From positions 7,766 to 71,765 of IMG/VR virus record IMGVR_UViG_3300003323_000666: 64,000 nt of DNA, one strand, 5' to 3'. This DNA is from a virus. How positions within the stretch are numbered: the stretch's first letter is position 1; every line of letters begins with the position of its first letter. The translations under genes were made by a program, and so were the position numbers. The notes under the pieces are model-generated. The model saw only the letters and a program-made list of their open reading frames with translations. It did not search any database and was not told the DNA's origin. This document shows positions 1 to 10,137 of the stretch, piece after piece.

Positions 1-52
1 CGACGGCTACCACACATTTGATGAGCTTTATGCTCACCGTTACATATTATGG

Positions 53-319
53 GTGAAGTTGTGCGAAATGATGTATATAACCGATAAAACAACTGGAGAT
101 CCAAATTCATTGATAAAGGCTAAAAAGAATCATGACGGAACAGAGTATGTCGGATACTTCATTCTTGGTTATACTGATCCGACTTCAAAGAAACAGATAT
201 CCTATCATCTGCCTATGAAATATTGGGACATGTGTTATTTTTCCAAAGAGTATGACATTTATCCTGATTACGACGGCCATACATCTACTGACGTTTTAAC
301 GCGCCTATCTCAGTTATGA
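53..319 (+). CDS. Hypothetical phage protein (start may lie upstream)
   Basis: ORF overlapping the next start (ATGA-type coupling); QISYHLP motif. Confidence 0.6.
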   Translation: MKLCEMMYITDKTTGDPNSLIKAKKNHDGTEYVGYFILGYTDPTSKKQISYHLPMKYWDMCYFSKEYDIYPDYDGHTSTDVLTRLSQL

Positions 320-546
320 GTAATTTGAACAAGGATTTCATCGATCATCTAGCTATCGACGCTTCCATATTGGGAGCAAATCAAATAGTGTTTTATATTA
401 ACGAAGATAGTTGGAGTAGGGTTTATATTGAACTTGAAGAATTTGTTCATTCTAATTTTTATCTTCATGAGATCAAGATAGACGCATTTATTATTACGAC
501 TGCCGGAGTTGACATTATCTTTTGTAAAAAGTATAAAATTAACTAG
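316..546 (+). CDS. Hypothetical protein
   Basis: ORF coupled to upstream gene. Confidence 0.55.
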   Translation: MSNLNKDFIDHLAIDASILGANQIVFYINEDSWSRVYIELEEFVHSNFYLHEIKIDAFIITTAGVDIIFCKKYKIN

Positions 547-558
547 AATCATAGAACC

Positions 559-1059
559 ATGGGCTGCGATATACATTTATTTGTACAATACAGGAGAAAT
601 GGGAATCCACCTAGTAGGTGGCTGGATTTCGGAGGCGAATTTAGATTGGATCGTGATTATAAAATGTTCTCATGCCTCGTCGATAGAGTTAGGTCAAAAA
701 CTGAGGGCGCTATCATGAAAAGAGGATTGCCAGATGACTTAACAGGAGGGCTGCCATTTAGGGTCTTTTATAATGATATAGATGAGTCGGAAGAATTTGG
801 AACTATCTCCATGGATAGGGCTATAAGTAGGGGGCATCCAATATTATCTTATCCGTGGTCTCCCAATGAAAAATATACATTAAATAGTGATTTCCATTCA
901 CATTCTTGGCTGACGGGTGCAGAATTTTACAAGGCCATAACATTATACTTAGACACATGCAACCAATTGCCGTCTAGTGATTATATAGCTTTAGAAAGCG
1001 CTATACACGAACTGGAGAATGGGAATGAGGTTCGAGTAATAATTGGGTTTGACAATTAA
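559..1059 (+). CDS. Conserved hypothetical phage protein (MGCDIH...FDN type)
   Basis: MGCDIH N-terminus, RDY..F, HSHSWLT and C-terminal R(V/I)xxxFDN, a pattern seen in a common phage family. Confidence 0.75.
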   Translation: MGCDIHLFVQYRRNGNPPSRWLDFGGEFRLDRDYKMFSCLVDRVRSKTEGAIMKRGLPDDLTGGLPFRVFYNDIDESEEFGTISMDRAISRGHPILSYPWSPNEKYTLNSDFHSHSWLTGAEFYKAITLYLDTCNQLPSSDYIALESAIHELENGNEVRVIIGFDN

Positions 1060-1064
1060 TTGAT

Positions 1065-1241
1065 ATGTGCCAGAAAGTATCATATAAATCAAGGCAATCG
1101 GCAGAATATAATGCCAATAGGATAAAATGCAGTGGGGCTATTCCTGCAAGGGCATTTCTTAATTCATACTTTTGTAAAACATGTCAATCTTGGCATTTGA
1201 CCAGATCAACTAGCTGGGATTGGTTTAATAAACTAAAATAA
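1065..1241 (+). CDS. Small Cys/His (zinc-binding) protein, 58 aa, not in ORF track
   Basis: Manual translation MCQKVSYKSRQSAE...YFCKTCQSWHLT; same pattern as 8329..8517. Confidence 0.7.
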   Translation: MCQKVSYKSRQSAEYNANRIKCSGAIPARAFLNSYFCKTCQSWHLTRSTSWDWFNKLK

Positions 1242-1438
1242 TGAATAAAGAGGAACTACAACATGAAATAGAATGCGCCATTTATGATCATTTTGTGTCG
1301 ATGAGGCGCGAAATTCAGAAAGCTCACAAGCGACCTCTTAACAAAGAGGAAATTCGTCAATGTGCCGGAGATGCAGCTGATCATATTATAGATTTTATTT
1401 TGGACATATCTTTTAACGAAAATGAAGAAACAAAATGA
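1241..1438 (+). CDS. Hypothetical protein
   Basis: Coupled ORF. Confidence 0.55.
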   Translation: MNKEELQHEIECAIYDHFVSMRREIQKAHKRPLNKEEIRQCAGDAADHIIDFILDISFNENEETK

Positions 1439-1650
1439 AGGCATACATTGGAGTAAAAATAGTTCAAGCTGAGCCGATGGGATTATTAGAGTTCAGTCGC
1501 ACCCATCTCAGAAATATTACTATACCATCCGGCACTCCTGAAGAAGGGTATAAAGTAGTATATGAAGATGGCTATACTTATTGGTCACCTAAAGGGACTT
1601 TTGAGCGCTGCTACCGTGAAATTACTGACGCTGAAAAAGATTTGATATGA
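1435..1650 (+). CDS. Conserved phage protein (YIGVKxVxAEPM...GYxVxYEDGYxxWSPK family)
   Basis: Recognisable motif. Confidence 0.75.
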   Translation: MKAYIGVKIVQAEPMGLLEFSRTHLRNITIPSGTPEEGYKVVYEDGYTYWSPKGTFERCYREITDAEKDLI

Positions 1651-1766
1651 TTTGCATGATTTCTTGGGACGTGCTAGGTATATTTTTTATATATACCGCC
1701 GTTATTTTATGGGCTGGGCTTTGTTGGGGATATGATATGGGTAAAAAAGATCGTAAATAAAACACT

Positions 1767-2384
1767 ATGGCTTTAACATTCGAACAATTACAATCTGCCG
1801 TTAAAAATGGCGATCATATTACAATTGACGGTCAAGATGTTTATGATACCCACATCTGTATCATGGGAAGGCCGAATGGATTCGGGGCAGTCCACATCGC
1901 ACTTTGGGCTGGGGATAAAAAATATGATTGCTATAGTGATGATAATATAAGTAGTTATGGTCGTCTGAATGCGACTGAACAGATGTCTATAGAGTCACAA
2001 TATGCAAAACAGGCGGAAGAGCGTGCTATACCATATAATCCATATAAAACGACTGGTGAAATGATAGAGGCCTATAAAAAGAGGGCTGCTGAAGACGTAG
2101 TTGATCGATCAGGTTTGCCTACTGAAGAAATAGTTCTCTCTAGTATTTTTACCCAAGAGGAGGTTAAAGAAATGAAAAGAAACAAAGAATCTGAAAAGGA
2201 AAATAGATCTGCATTACTGGTTGAAACAGAAAACTTTGTTGTAACATTTGTTACAGATAATAATCATGTGATTGCTTTCTGCGAACACGACCGCAGCCTT
2301 ATTTCACAACACCATACTAAGGAAGAGGCACTACTAGGTCTTGTGAATTTATATGTAACATCTCAAAAAGATAAAAACATATAA
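1767..2384 (+). CDS. Hypothetical protein
   Basis: 205-aa ORF with A-rich leader. Confidence 0.65.
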   Translation: MALTFEQLQSAVKNGDHITIDGQDVYDTHICIMGRPNGFGAVHIALWAGDKKYDCYSDDNISSYGRLNATEQMSIESQYAKQAEERAIPYNPYKTTGEMIEAYKKRAAEDVVDRSGLPTEEIVLSSIFTQEEVKEMKRNKESEKENRSALLVETENFVVTFVTDNNHVIAFCEHDRSLISQHHTKEEALLGLVNLYVTSQKDKNI

Positions 2385-2386
2385 TA

Positions 2387-2569
2387 ATGAAAATCAAAGA
2401 TGAGTTTCAATATCAATGTGTTGTAAGGGAGTTGAATTATTATGAGCGTCGGATCAATGAAAACAATCCATTATTGCCCACCGAGGAATCCAGGCGTCAA
2501 GAGTTGGAGTTGGCAATAGCTGAGTGGGAAACAGAAACTAAGGATAACGAATCATCTAAAATAGATTAA
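2387..2569 (+). CDS. Hypothetical helical protein
   Basis: ORF in operon. Confidence 0.55.
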   Translation: MKIKDEFQYQCVVRELNYYERRINENNPLLPTEESRRQELELAIAEWETETKDNESSKID

Positions 2570-2579
2570 AATTAGGAAG

Positions 2580-2993
2580 ATGAAGTATTATACGCCTGCG
2601 GAAGAAGATATTCGGGTAGGGTTGAAGTGTGAAAGGTATTATCCAACCGGTCTAGATATTCTACCTGGTGGATGGTATGAGCATGTGATATCAAAATCAG
2701 ATATATGTTATTTAAATTCAACTGAAGGTAATATTTATAATATACGCGTTCCCTACCTCACCGCTGAGCAGATAGAGGCTGAAGGATGGGAACGTTGTTT
2801 TTTGGACAATGAATTTAAAAAAACGATCGGCCCAAATAAAACTAGGGCCTCTGAATATTGGATGATTGTCTTTAATCATCTAAATGAGATCGATATTAAG
2901 GAGACAACTAATGATAGTCATAAAAGACTATACTATGGATCATGTCGCTGCATTAATGATTTGCGCCTGATATCCAAGCTACTAGGCATTTAA
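2580..2993 (+). CDS. Hypothetical protein
   Basis: ORF in operon. Confidence 0.65.
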   Translation: MKYYTPAEEDIRVGLKCERYYPTGLDILPGGWYEHVISKSDICYLNSTEGNIYNIRVPYLTAEQIEAEGWERCFLDNEFKKTIGPNKTRASEYWMIVFNHLNEIDIKETTNDSHKRLYYGSCRCINDLRLISKLLGI

Positions 2994-3016
2994 TTATATC
3001 ACCTAAACTATACACT

Positions 3017-3310
3017 ATGGCTATTTTTATCGTTAATGACAGCATGTGTAAAGAGGCTTCGGCCAGTGCATGTTTTGATAAACTGTTTGATACCTATGGT
3101 ACGCCGGTGTCCTGCACAACATCGGAAGATATCCTCAATAAGCGCACAAGATTAAAATTTGATATCCCTGGGATAGGCGAATTGGACGAAGTGAGTATTG
3201 AATTTGGTGTTTCAGTGGATGGAACGGTTAAAATGGGCAAGCCGGTGGTTGTTATGAAATATTCTGATAAACCATATCGGTTGGATATGCCATCAAAAAA
3301 AAAGATTTGA
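3017..3310 (+). CDS. Hypothetical protein
   Basis: ORF in operon. Confidence 0.6.
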   Translation: MAIFIVNDSMCKEASASACFDKLFDTYGTPVSCTTSEDILNKRTRLKFDIPGIGELDEVSIEFGVSVDGTVKMGKPVVVMKYSDKPYRLDMPSKKKI

Positions 3311-3402
3311 TAGATCATTTTCTGTGGATGGTTCTACAGCGATAAAGAAGATGCCTATCATACGCTTTGATAGGATTTTTTAACAATTATGGTGTATGTG
3401 CG

Positions 3403-3430
3403 TCCCGGTTAATCTTGACCGGGATATTTA
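3403..3430 (+). terminator. Possible intrinsic terminator hairpin
   Basis: TCCCGGTTAA-TC-TTGACCGGGA with a weak T tail. Confidence 0.4.
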
Positions 3431-3446
3431 AAACGCAGATATAAAT

Positions 3447-3680
3447 ATGATGATACAAGAATTTAGAATTTACAGAAGCAATGAAGAGGAAGAACAGGAC
3501 TTGATAACGCCATGCTCTATTTTGATGGACCAGATATCATCCGCGTATCCTGGAATAGAAGAGCCTGATGCGACTTGTATCAGGTTAAAATGCGGCACGT
3601 CGTATATACTAGATATTCCATATAATGATTTCATGTCAATTTGGAGGGCTTGCATAGATAAATTAGACATAAATATATGA
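3447..3680 (+). CDS. Hypothetical protein
   Basis: ORF coupled to the HU-like gene. Confidence 0.6.
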   Translation: MMIQEFRIYRSNEEEEQDLITPCSILMDQISSAYPGIEEPDATCIRLKCGTSYILDIPYNDFMSIWRACIDKLDINI

Positions 3681-3982
3681 TGCGATCAGACTTTAAGCAA
3701 AGAGTGGCAAGAAGGGCTAAGACGCCACGGGAGGATTCAGATATTGTTGTGGAAGCGGTATTTGAAGAGCTGAAACAATGCCTTTTAAATGGGGATGAGG
3801 TGAATATTTACAACTTTGGCCGCTTTTTTTGGAAGAAATTGAAGGCCAAGAAATGCCAGATAATGAGCATGGGATCATCCAAATCAACACCTATCACGGT
3901 TCCTGAGCGATGCATACCCTGGGTGGTGTTTTCCCCTAAAATAGTGGAAGAAGTAAAGAAAAAATCAATGAAGAATGAGTGA
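3677..3982 (+). CDS. HU/IHF-family DNA-binding protein
   Basis: IVVEAVFEELKQCLLNGDEVNIYNFGRF...ITVPER..PxVxFS matches the HU/IHF pattern. Confidence 0.85.
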   Translation: MMRSDFKQRVARRAKTPREDSDIVVEAVFEELKQCLLNGDEVNIYNFGRFFWKKLKAKKCQIMSMGSSKSTPITVPERCIPWVVFSPKIVEEVKKKSMKNE

Positions 3983-4487
3983 AATATACCATAAAGAGAA
4001 CCCTTTTTTGGATGAAATATATAAAGTCGTCATTCCGGTAACTAAGCGGAAAAGGCTACGGGCCGTTATAATGGATTCGTCCACCGGGCAGCTAATATCG
4101 GATGCTACCGGTTATAATGTGGTGACCACTAAAGAGCATTTGTTCCCGGGGTATCAGGATATTCAACCATATGTAAAACTATATGCCAACCAAGTATCGT
4201 TTTTGAGGCGGATATCTATCCCCGCCATCCATGTATTTTCATATATTATAGAAAACCTGAAGTGCAAGCAGACTAACATTGTCCTGGAGCCAACCATTTT
4301 GGCTAAGGAATTAAATTATAAGACCGATAGATCGATTTACAATGGCATATTAGATCTGGTAAAAGAAAAGGTTATTGCTCGGGCATATACCGGCAAGCGG
4401 GCAACCCCTACCTACTGGATAAACCCTACTTTTTTTTATAATGGGAACAGGCAGAACCTATTGGCAGATAAATCTACTGGTGAATAG
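3975..4487 (+). CDS. RepL-like winged-helix protein
   Basis: HTH (LAKELNYKTDRSIYNGILDL) followed by YWINPTFFYNG, the RepL-family C-terminal motif. Confidence 0.75.
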   Translation: MSEIYHKENPFLDEIYKVVIPVTKRKRLRAVIMDSSTGQLISDATGYNVVTTKEHLFPGYQDIQPYVKLYANQVSFLRRISIPAIHVFSYIIENLKCKQTNIVLEPTILAKELNYKTDRSIYNGILDLVKEKVIARAYTGKRATPTYWINPTFFYNGNRQNLLADKSTGE

Positions 4488-4547
4488 GCATGCTTTATGT
4501 GCTAAAACTATTGTAACTTTATTTTCAAATACTCAAAAATTATTACA

Positions 4548-4919
4548 ATGAACGCTCAGGATCAATTCTCTGAAGTAAAACAGGCCATTCGTGCTGGCGG
4601 TCCTGCACTTGAACACATGCAGGCTATGATGTCACATGTATTTTTTGAAGAAATGCAGCGAGCCGGATATCCTAATCAGCCGGATCGAATTAAAGAAGTA
4701 TCTTTTATTGCTACCAAACGGTTCCTTCAGGAGTGGTCTACCGAACCACATAAAGCTGATCCATCGGTTGAGACTGAGAATGAACGGTTGGCTCGTGTCG
4801 CTAATGAAGATCGTGAGAACAGGGAGGCACAGCTGGAATCAGAGAAGTCAGAAGAAAAACCAGGTGAGGCCGAAGGTGAAACATCTGTAAAGAAAGACAA
4901 TTCAAGAAAAACCAAGTAA
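4548..4919 (+). CDS. Hypothetical protein with charged C-terminal tail
   Basis: ORF with A-rich leader, followed by a terminator. Confidence 0.65.
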   Translation: MNAQDQFSEVKQAIRAGGPALEHMQAMMSHVFFEEMQRAGYPNQPDRIKEVSFIATKRFLQEWSTEPHKADPSVETENERLARVANEDRENREAQLESEKSEEKPGEAEGETSVKKDNSRKTK

Positions 4920-4921
4920 AT

Positions 4922-4980
4922 GATCGGGGCGGCATGCAAGAAGCGTTTTTACGAGCGTGAATTTTGTCGTCCCGGTTTTT
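4922..4980 (+). terminator. Intrinsic terminator with large loop
   Basis: GATCGGGGCGGCA / TGTCGTCCCGGTT stem (G-U pairs) ending in a T run. Confidence 0.55.
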
Positions 4981-4991
4981 AAATAAAATCT

Positions 4992-5261
4992 ATGGACAAC
5001 ATAAATTATAATGATATAATAGATCAGAAAATTGGCGGATTCATCTTGCCGGCAGAAGATAAAATGGCAGTTCAAAATAAGGATCCTCATATTGCGGCTA
5101 GGTGCTTAGAACTTGCGCTTAAGAAGTGCGACATGATGCAAATCGAGAACGGTCAAGTGTATAAAATGGCTGATGACTTCTACAACTATGTAACTAAACC
5201 CGTACCAAATGGACAGACCAAACCTGGTCAATGTGGACCGACGCATATTAGAGTATATTGA
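4992..5261 (+). CDS. Hypothetical protein
   Basis: ORF. Confidence 0.55.
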   Translation: MDNINYNDIIDQKIGGFILPAEDKMAVQNKDPHIAARCLELALKKCDMMQIENGQVYKMADDFYNYVTKPVPNGQTKPGQCGPTHIRVY

Positions 5262-5547
5262 ACACCTGGAAAATAAGCTGAATGGATTCAACAATAACGG
5301 GGCGGTCAAATTTATGGCGGCCCTTAACCGCAAACTCGAATTATTGGCAGAGCAAATCGACAACGCTAAGATTGATTTCGAGGCGAAGGACGATAAGCTA
5401 TACGAAAGGTTTCTTAATACAGCCAAAATCGGTAAAGATCTTGCGTCCGATTTTAAAGCCTTTATCCTGGAGTATGGCGACACCATCAAAGAAGATACTT
5501 CAAAGAAAATACCACTTGTTGAAAGACATGCTCGCAAAGTTTCTTAA
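5209..5547 (+). CDS. Helical protein, candidate terminase small subunit
   Basis: Size, helical character and position shortly upstream of TerL; function is inference only. Confidence 0.4.
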   Translation: MDRPNLVNVDRRILEYIEHLENKLNGFNNNGAVKFMAALNRKLELLAEQIDNAKIDFEAKDDKLYERFLNTAKIGKDLASDFKAFILEYGDTIKEDTSKKIPLVERHARKVS

Positions 5548-5637
5548 TGACCATGAAGAGATAGCCCCAACAGTATTATTCCTGTGGGGCTTTAGTATAG
5601 GGATGGCGATATGGTTAATAATTAAATTGATCTTTTA

Positions 5638-6306
5638 GTGAGGCATAAGATAAAAACACTGGATCCGCGCCGTGCTTCAAGGGCCGTCCTTATAGACGCA
5701 TATATAAAGATGCGTGATACATTGATGTCATACCGCATCGCCATTCATAAAATGCGTAAAACGAGAAAGGGACTGAAGGAGCGTGTTACCAATAGGGCAT
5801 ATCAACACTACAATTTCATATACAAAGCCCGATTCAAGAATTATAAGAAAGAACAACAGCGCCGTGCCAGAGTACAGGTTAAAAAGAGGGCCAATAAGCG
5901 TGTGGCAAAGATCAAACGCCGCGTATTTGTAACACGAGCCAGTACCCGCTTTAGGGAGGTTGGGCTATATGGCATGCTATTATTCATCCTTGCCAAGAGA
6001 ACACAGATCCGAGGAACTTATCTATCATTTTTCATATGGGCTGGAGAGTTTGAAATGTTTGACTATAAGACCTTCAAAATACAGCTAAGGAAATATGGCC
6101 CTTCCAGATTTACAATTACTATCAAGTATTTGATTAATCTTGGATTGGTATACAGGGTCAATGAGTTTGGAACGAGTAAGATATATGCTTTGACCGCAGA
6201 TGGGAGGGCGCTACACGATAAAATAAGGAGGTTTTTAAGAAACCATGCCATTCTAAAGACTACCGAATTACGAAAACAGATCGAATTTAAGAAGCATGCA
6301 GACTGA
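5638..6306 (+). CDS. Very basic protein with C-terminal winged-helix (MarR-like) domain
   Basis: Arg/Lys-rich N-half; IKYLINLGLVYR...KIYALTADGRAL wing motif. Confidence 0.6.
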   Translation: MRHKIKTLDPRRASRAVLIDAYIKMRDTLMSYRIAIHKMRKTRKGLKERVTNRAYQHYNFIYKARFKNYKKEQQRRARVQVKKRANKRVAKIKRRVFVTRASTRFREVGLYGMLLFILAKRTQIRGTYLSFFIWAGEFEMFDYKTFKIQLRKYGPSRFTITIKYLINLGLVYRVNEFGTSKIYALTADGRALHDKIRRFLRNHAILKTTELRKQIEFKKHAD

Positions 6307-8332
6307 GTATATATATGGAATTGACTATGCCGCGCCAACACCAGCATTAGAGCCATCGAAATACAAATGGACGGATATCATTGGGGATCAGGTATGGGTA
6401 AGGACGCCCATACCTGAATCTTTTGAGGACATAGAGTTTGATGACGAGGGCAACGCCATTACCACTCCGGAACAGGAAGAATTTATCCTACAAGAGCTTG
6501 ACCGTATAAAACACGGTCATTATTTTTTTAACCGCGGTGAGTTAACATATATTACCGGTCATCACTATTTCTATCTCCAGTATTTTACACTAGAAGATGG
6601 CACTATACCTGAATATCGTGATTCGGATCGGAAGTGGTTCCTGTTCTTCGATTATTGCTACAGTAAGCCATATATTACCGGCATCATTAGGATTAAAAAG
6701 AGACGTGAAGGGGCAACATCGCAGGCAGCCAGTATTTTGCTCTGCCTGGCGCTAACACAGCCAATGTCTAACTGCGGTATTATCTCAAAGACCAACAAAG
6801 ATGCCTCGGACGTGTTCACGAAAATGGTCGTAAATGCATATCAAAATCTTCCGGTATTCCTTCAGCCACGAGTAGAAGATGATAACCCTAAAACACAGCT
6901 AGTATTTGCTAAACCCAAGAATAGGAGGCAGAATAAGCAGAAGATAAAGGGACAGCTCTATAATCGGGATCGTGGATTGCAGTCCCGTATCGACTATAGG
7001 GCCACTGCACTTAACAGCTATGACTCTGGCCGTGTGAGCATGCTATTATGTGATGAGGCCGGTAAGTGGAACGTAGAAGTGCCGATCAACCAATATTGGC
7101 CTATCGTAAAGAAGACTCTTACCCAAGGGATCAAGCGAGTTGGATTTGCTTTGATTGTCTCTACGGTGAACGATGCTGAAACGGGGGGCGCTGCATATAA
7201 AGAAATATGGGATGATTCCAATCAGTTCAAAAATAAAATAACCGGTACAGGACTTTATAGATACTTTTCACCAGCTTACGAAGGTTTCCCTGGATTCATA
7301 GACAAATATGGTCACTCCATTACAGAGAATGCATCTGCGGAAATGCGACGGATGTTCTTGGAAACATATGGCGAAGAATATGACGGTTCAAAAGACTATC
7401 TGATGAAAATCAGGGCTAGGATTACTGACCCCGTGGCGCTTTCAGAAGAGCGAAGGATGAATCCATTTGATGAGCGAGAAGCCTTCATGATTTCCGAGTC
7501 AAAAAGCCATTTTAATACCCAAAGGATCTCTCAGCGCATGGCTGAATTAGAGGAAGATCCGCCTAACCTGCGACAAGGTAGATTTTATCGTAAGGAGGAT
7601 GAATCTATTGGCTGGATGGACGAGGCGAAAGGGCCTTGGTTTATTTATAAATTCCCGCCGGTACATAAACAGAATAGGCGTATAATGACCGACAAAGGAT
7701 GGGGACCGGCTAATACAGATAGCTATGCTAATGGCATAGACCCTCATAGGCATACTTTCGTAAAAGGAAGCCGTGATTTATCGAAAACCTGCTGCTGGAT
7801 AGGAGAAAAGGTAGACCAGAATGATCCAGAGAATACCGGCATGCCTATTGCAATGTATCTCGATCGTCCTAAACTGAAGGAGTACATGTATGAGCAAATG
7901 TTATTTGCTGCCATGTTTTACGGATGTAAGCTGCACTTTGAGACGGATGCCTCTGATGACTTCTACATGTGGCTCAAGGTTCAGGGATTAACAGCATATG
8001 TTAGATGGACTCCAACATGTGCCATTAATCCACTAAACCCTGGCAAGCGTTTACCAGGTACCTCTTCTAAAGATCCATTTGCGTTGGCAAAACAACTGGA
8101 ATTGTGCATCGCTTTTATAGAGCACCACTGCCACAAAATTATGTTCTATAAGCTCCTGGTTAAGTTATTAGAATATGATCATGAGGATCGTCAAGTGCAT
8201 GATATGGTTGTAGCTTTTATGATCATGTTGCTAGATCTCGCCGGCGATACTAAACCTATTAACCAGGACAAGAAAATAAATAGACCTATCGTTAAAACAT
8301 ACAACCTATTAAAAGGTAATGATTACAACTAA
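6296..8332 (+). CDS. terL: Terminase large subunit
   Basis: Walker A-like KKRREGATS, Walker B LLCDEAGK, motif III VST, nuclease GIDP...HDMVVA; YITGHHYFYLQ N-terminal motif. Confidence 0.93.
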   Translation: MQTEYIYGIDYAAPTPALEPSKYKWTDIIGDQVWVRTPIPESFEDIEFDDEGNAITTPEQEEFILQELDRIKHGHYFFNRGELTYITGHHYFYLQYFTLEDGTIPEYRDSDRKWFLFFDYCYSKPYITGIIRIKKRREGATSQAASILLCLALTQPMSNCGIISKTNKDASDVFTKMVVNAYQNLPVFLQPRVEDDNPKTQLVFAKPKNRRQNKQKIKGQLYNRDRGLQSRIDYRATALNSYDSGRVSMLLCDEAGKWNVEVPINQYWPIVKKTLTQGIKRVGFALIVSTVNDAETGGAAYKEIWDDSNQFKNKITGTGLYRYFSPAYEGFPGFIDKYGHSITENASAEMRRMFLETYGEEYDGSKDYLMKIRARITDPVALSEERRMNPFDEREAFMISESKSHFNTQRISQRMAELEEDPPNLRQGRFYRKEDESIGWMDEAKGPWFIYKFPPVHKQNRRIMTDKGWGPANTDSYANGIDPHRHTFVKGSRDLSKTCCWIGEKVDQNDPENTGMPIAMYLDRPKLKEYMYEQMLFAAMFYGCKLHFETDASDDFYMWLKVQGLTAYVRWTPTCAINPLNPGKRLPGTSSKDPFALAKQLELCIAFIEHHCHKIMFYKLLVKLLEYDHEDRQVHDMVVAFMIMLLDLAGDTKPINQDKKINRPIVKTYNLLKGNDYN

Positions 8333-8517
8333 CCTTTCTTCTTAAGATGCCTGGTCCAATCACGGCTCCATTGCATAGGTCGAGACGTTATATGATACCC
8401 GGAACATTCATCACAATAATAAATGTTCGTTAATTCTCGTCTTTGGACAGTCTTCATGAACTTGCGCCAGTGCTTTGCCTCTTTTTTTGTTTCATACCGT
8501 TTCTTCTCACATGCCAT
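8329..8517 (-). CDS. Small Cys/His (zinc-binding) protein
   Basis: CEKKRY...YYCDECSGYHITS. Confidence 0.7.
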   Translation of the reverse strand: MACEKKRYETKKEAKHWRKFMKTVQRRELTNIYYCDECSGYHITSRPMQWSRDWTRHLKKKG

Positions 8518-8691
8518 CTAGGTTATATTCTTTCATGTAATACCTACTTGTTTCATTGGTTAAATTTGAATTCTTATATGCCATCATTTCTTCAGCACTA
8601 TTTTTATCACCAAATATTTTATAAATACTCATATATTCTCGGTCACTTAGATAATCATATTCTAATAAATATACAACATACACTCTCACTC

Positions 8692-9024
8692 TCATCTTTT
8701 CACCGTATTACCGAGCACATATTCCTTCATTTTAGCAATACCTTCGTAATGCCGTTTCCGTATTCCAAAAGGCATAAATGCAATATGAATATGGCCTAAG
8801 TGTTGTACCAATTTATATTGATTATACGTATATGTATGACCGTATTTTGACTTTACAATATTCTTTGTCCTCAGTACTTGGACTCCGAAATCACCTTCTA
8901 TCAGCCTGGATATTTCCCGTGGTAAATTTGTGATACCAATTTTTTTGAACCCATCCATAATAGAAAGTGTTGCTCCGTTTAGTAGCTCATGGCATAATGC
9001 TGCCTTTTTTGTTTTGAATTTCAT
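8692..9024 (-). CDS. Helix-turn-helix protein
   Basis: LLNGATLSIMDGFKKIGITNLPREISRL, a phage wHTH pattern. Confidence 0.65.
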   Translation of the reverse strand: MKFKTKKAALCHELLNGATLSIMDGFKKIGITNLPREISRLIEGDFGVQVLRTKNIVKSKYGHTYTYNQYKLVQHLGHIHIAFMPFGIRKRHYEGIAKMKEYVLGNTVKR

Positions 9025-9034
9025 ATGTTGTGAT

Positions 9035-9295
9035 TTAAAGTTGCTTTAATATTTTTTCAATGAATTCTTTTTCTCCTATCAGCCAACTACGATACAATTC
9101 TTTTATCTTATAGAACTGCTCCTTATTGTCTCTTGTACCGGCCTCCAGTTGCACATATACCGGTTGTGATACATTAATTAACTTAGCAAGTTCAATTCCT
9201 TTCATCCTCATATGCTTTCGCATCTTTACTATTAATTCACCTCGTTCTGATCTTAATATAGACTCTATATGAGTTACTTTTTCAGTATTTGCCAT
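9035..9295 (-). CDS. XRE-family HTH regulator
   Basis: RKHMRMKGIELAKLINVSQPVYVQLEAG. Confidence 0.8.
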   Translation of the reverse strand: MANTEKVTHIESILRSERGELIVKMRKHMRMKGIELAKLINVSQPVYVQLEAGTRDNKEQFYKIKELYRSWLIGEKEFIEKILKQL

Positions 9296-9302
9296 GATTC
9301 AT

Positions 9303-9704
9303 TTAGTATTTCTTACCGTGCTTATGTGGACGTAATTTATTATACTCCAACTTGGCTCTGATAAAAAACGGAAGATCAATCTGCATGCCCTCACATATAT
9401 CAAATAGTCTAATAACAGCATCAGCCAATTCATCCTCAAAAGTATTCTTTATATCCTTTTCGAATGCCTCCTTATATTCTTGTGCATTTGTAATGATCCC
9501 CGTTTCTATATACTTTAATGTTGCTTCATACGGAGAGCCCATGGTTCTATTGGGCATGTTATCGCCATTCCTATCCGCCTCAAGTGCTTCTGATAATTCA
9601 GATGTCACAAGCATCAGCATCTCGCCTATATTCCTTGTCTTGTCCCAAAACCCTTTAGCGACATTGGTTTGGTATATTTCAACCATAGTTTGTTTAATAT
9701 CCAT
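9303..9704 (-). CDS. MazG-like nucleotide pyrophosphohydrolase
   Basis: SELSEALEA...EDELADAVIRLFD...KLEYNKLR..KHGKKY. Confidence 0.85.
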   Translation of the reverse strand: MDIKQTMVEIYQTNVAKGFWDKTRNIGEMLMLVTSELSEALEADRNGDNMPNRTMGSPYEATLKYIETGIITNAQEYKEAFEKDIKNTFEDELADAVIRLFDICEGMQIDLPFFIRAKLEYNKLRPHKHGKKY

Positions 9705-9720
9705 ATTTAATATGTATTTA

Positions 9721-10128
9721 TTATTTTTTATTTAATAAGTTTGGATGTTTATAAATGTTTCCGATGACTTCAATATCATCTATAAATGCACTTAGCGGCC
9801 ATTCTTGAGGGCATGTGTTCACTTCTTCAATGTAATATCCATATGCGTATCCATCATGATAGTCAACAGGAACGTCATGGTCACCAAATTTTACCTGATA
9901 TGTTTTCCCCATTTTTTTAACAATATCGCCTTCGTAAATACTAACGCCATTCTTATCCTTCAATCCTGTGAATTGCATGATAACGATCCGGTCAGGTCCA
10001 GCCTCACCCCAACTACCATCAGAATAAAGAAAATTAACCGTACCATCAATCTGTATAGAAACAGAATGGTTATAATACATATGATGATCCTTCACGTCCC
10101 ATGCGCGGAACTTTAATTGTCTGCTCAT
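9721..10128 (-). CDS. YopX-family protein
   Basis: KFRAWD, MQFTGLKDKNGVSIYEGDIV, EVIGNIY..P.LL. Confidence 0.9.
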   Translation of the reverse strand: MSRQLKFRAWDVKDHHMYYNHSVSIQIDGTVNFLYSDGSWGEAGPDRIVIMQFTGLKDKNGVSIYEGDIVKKMGKTYQVKFGDHDVPVDYHDGYAYGYYIEEVNTCPQEWPLSAFIDDIEVIGNIYKHPNLLNKK

Positions 10129-10137
10129 GTTTTATTT

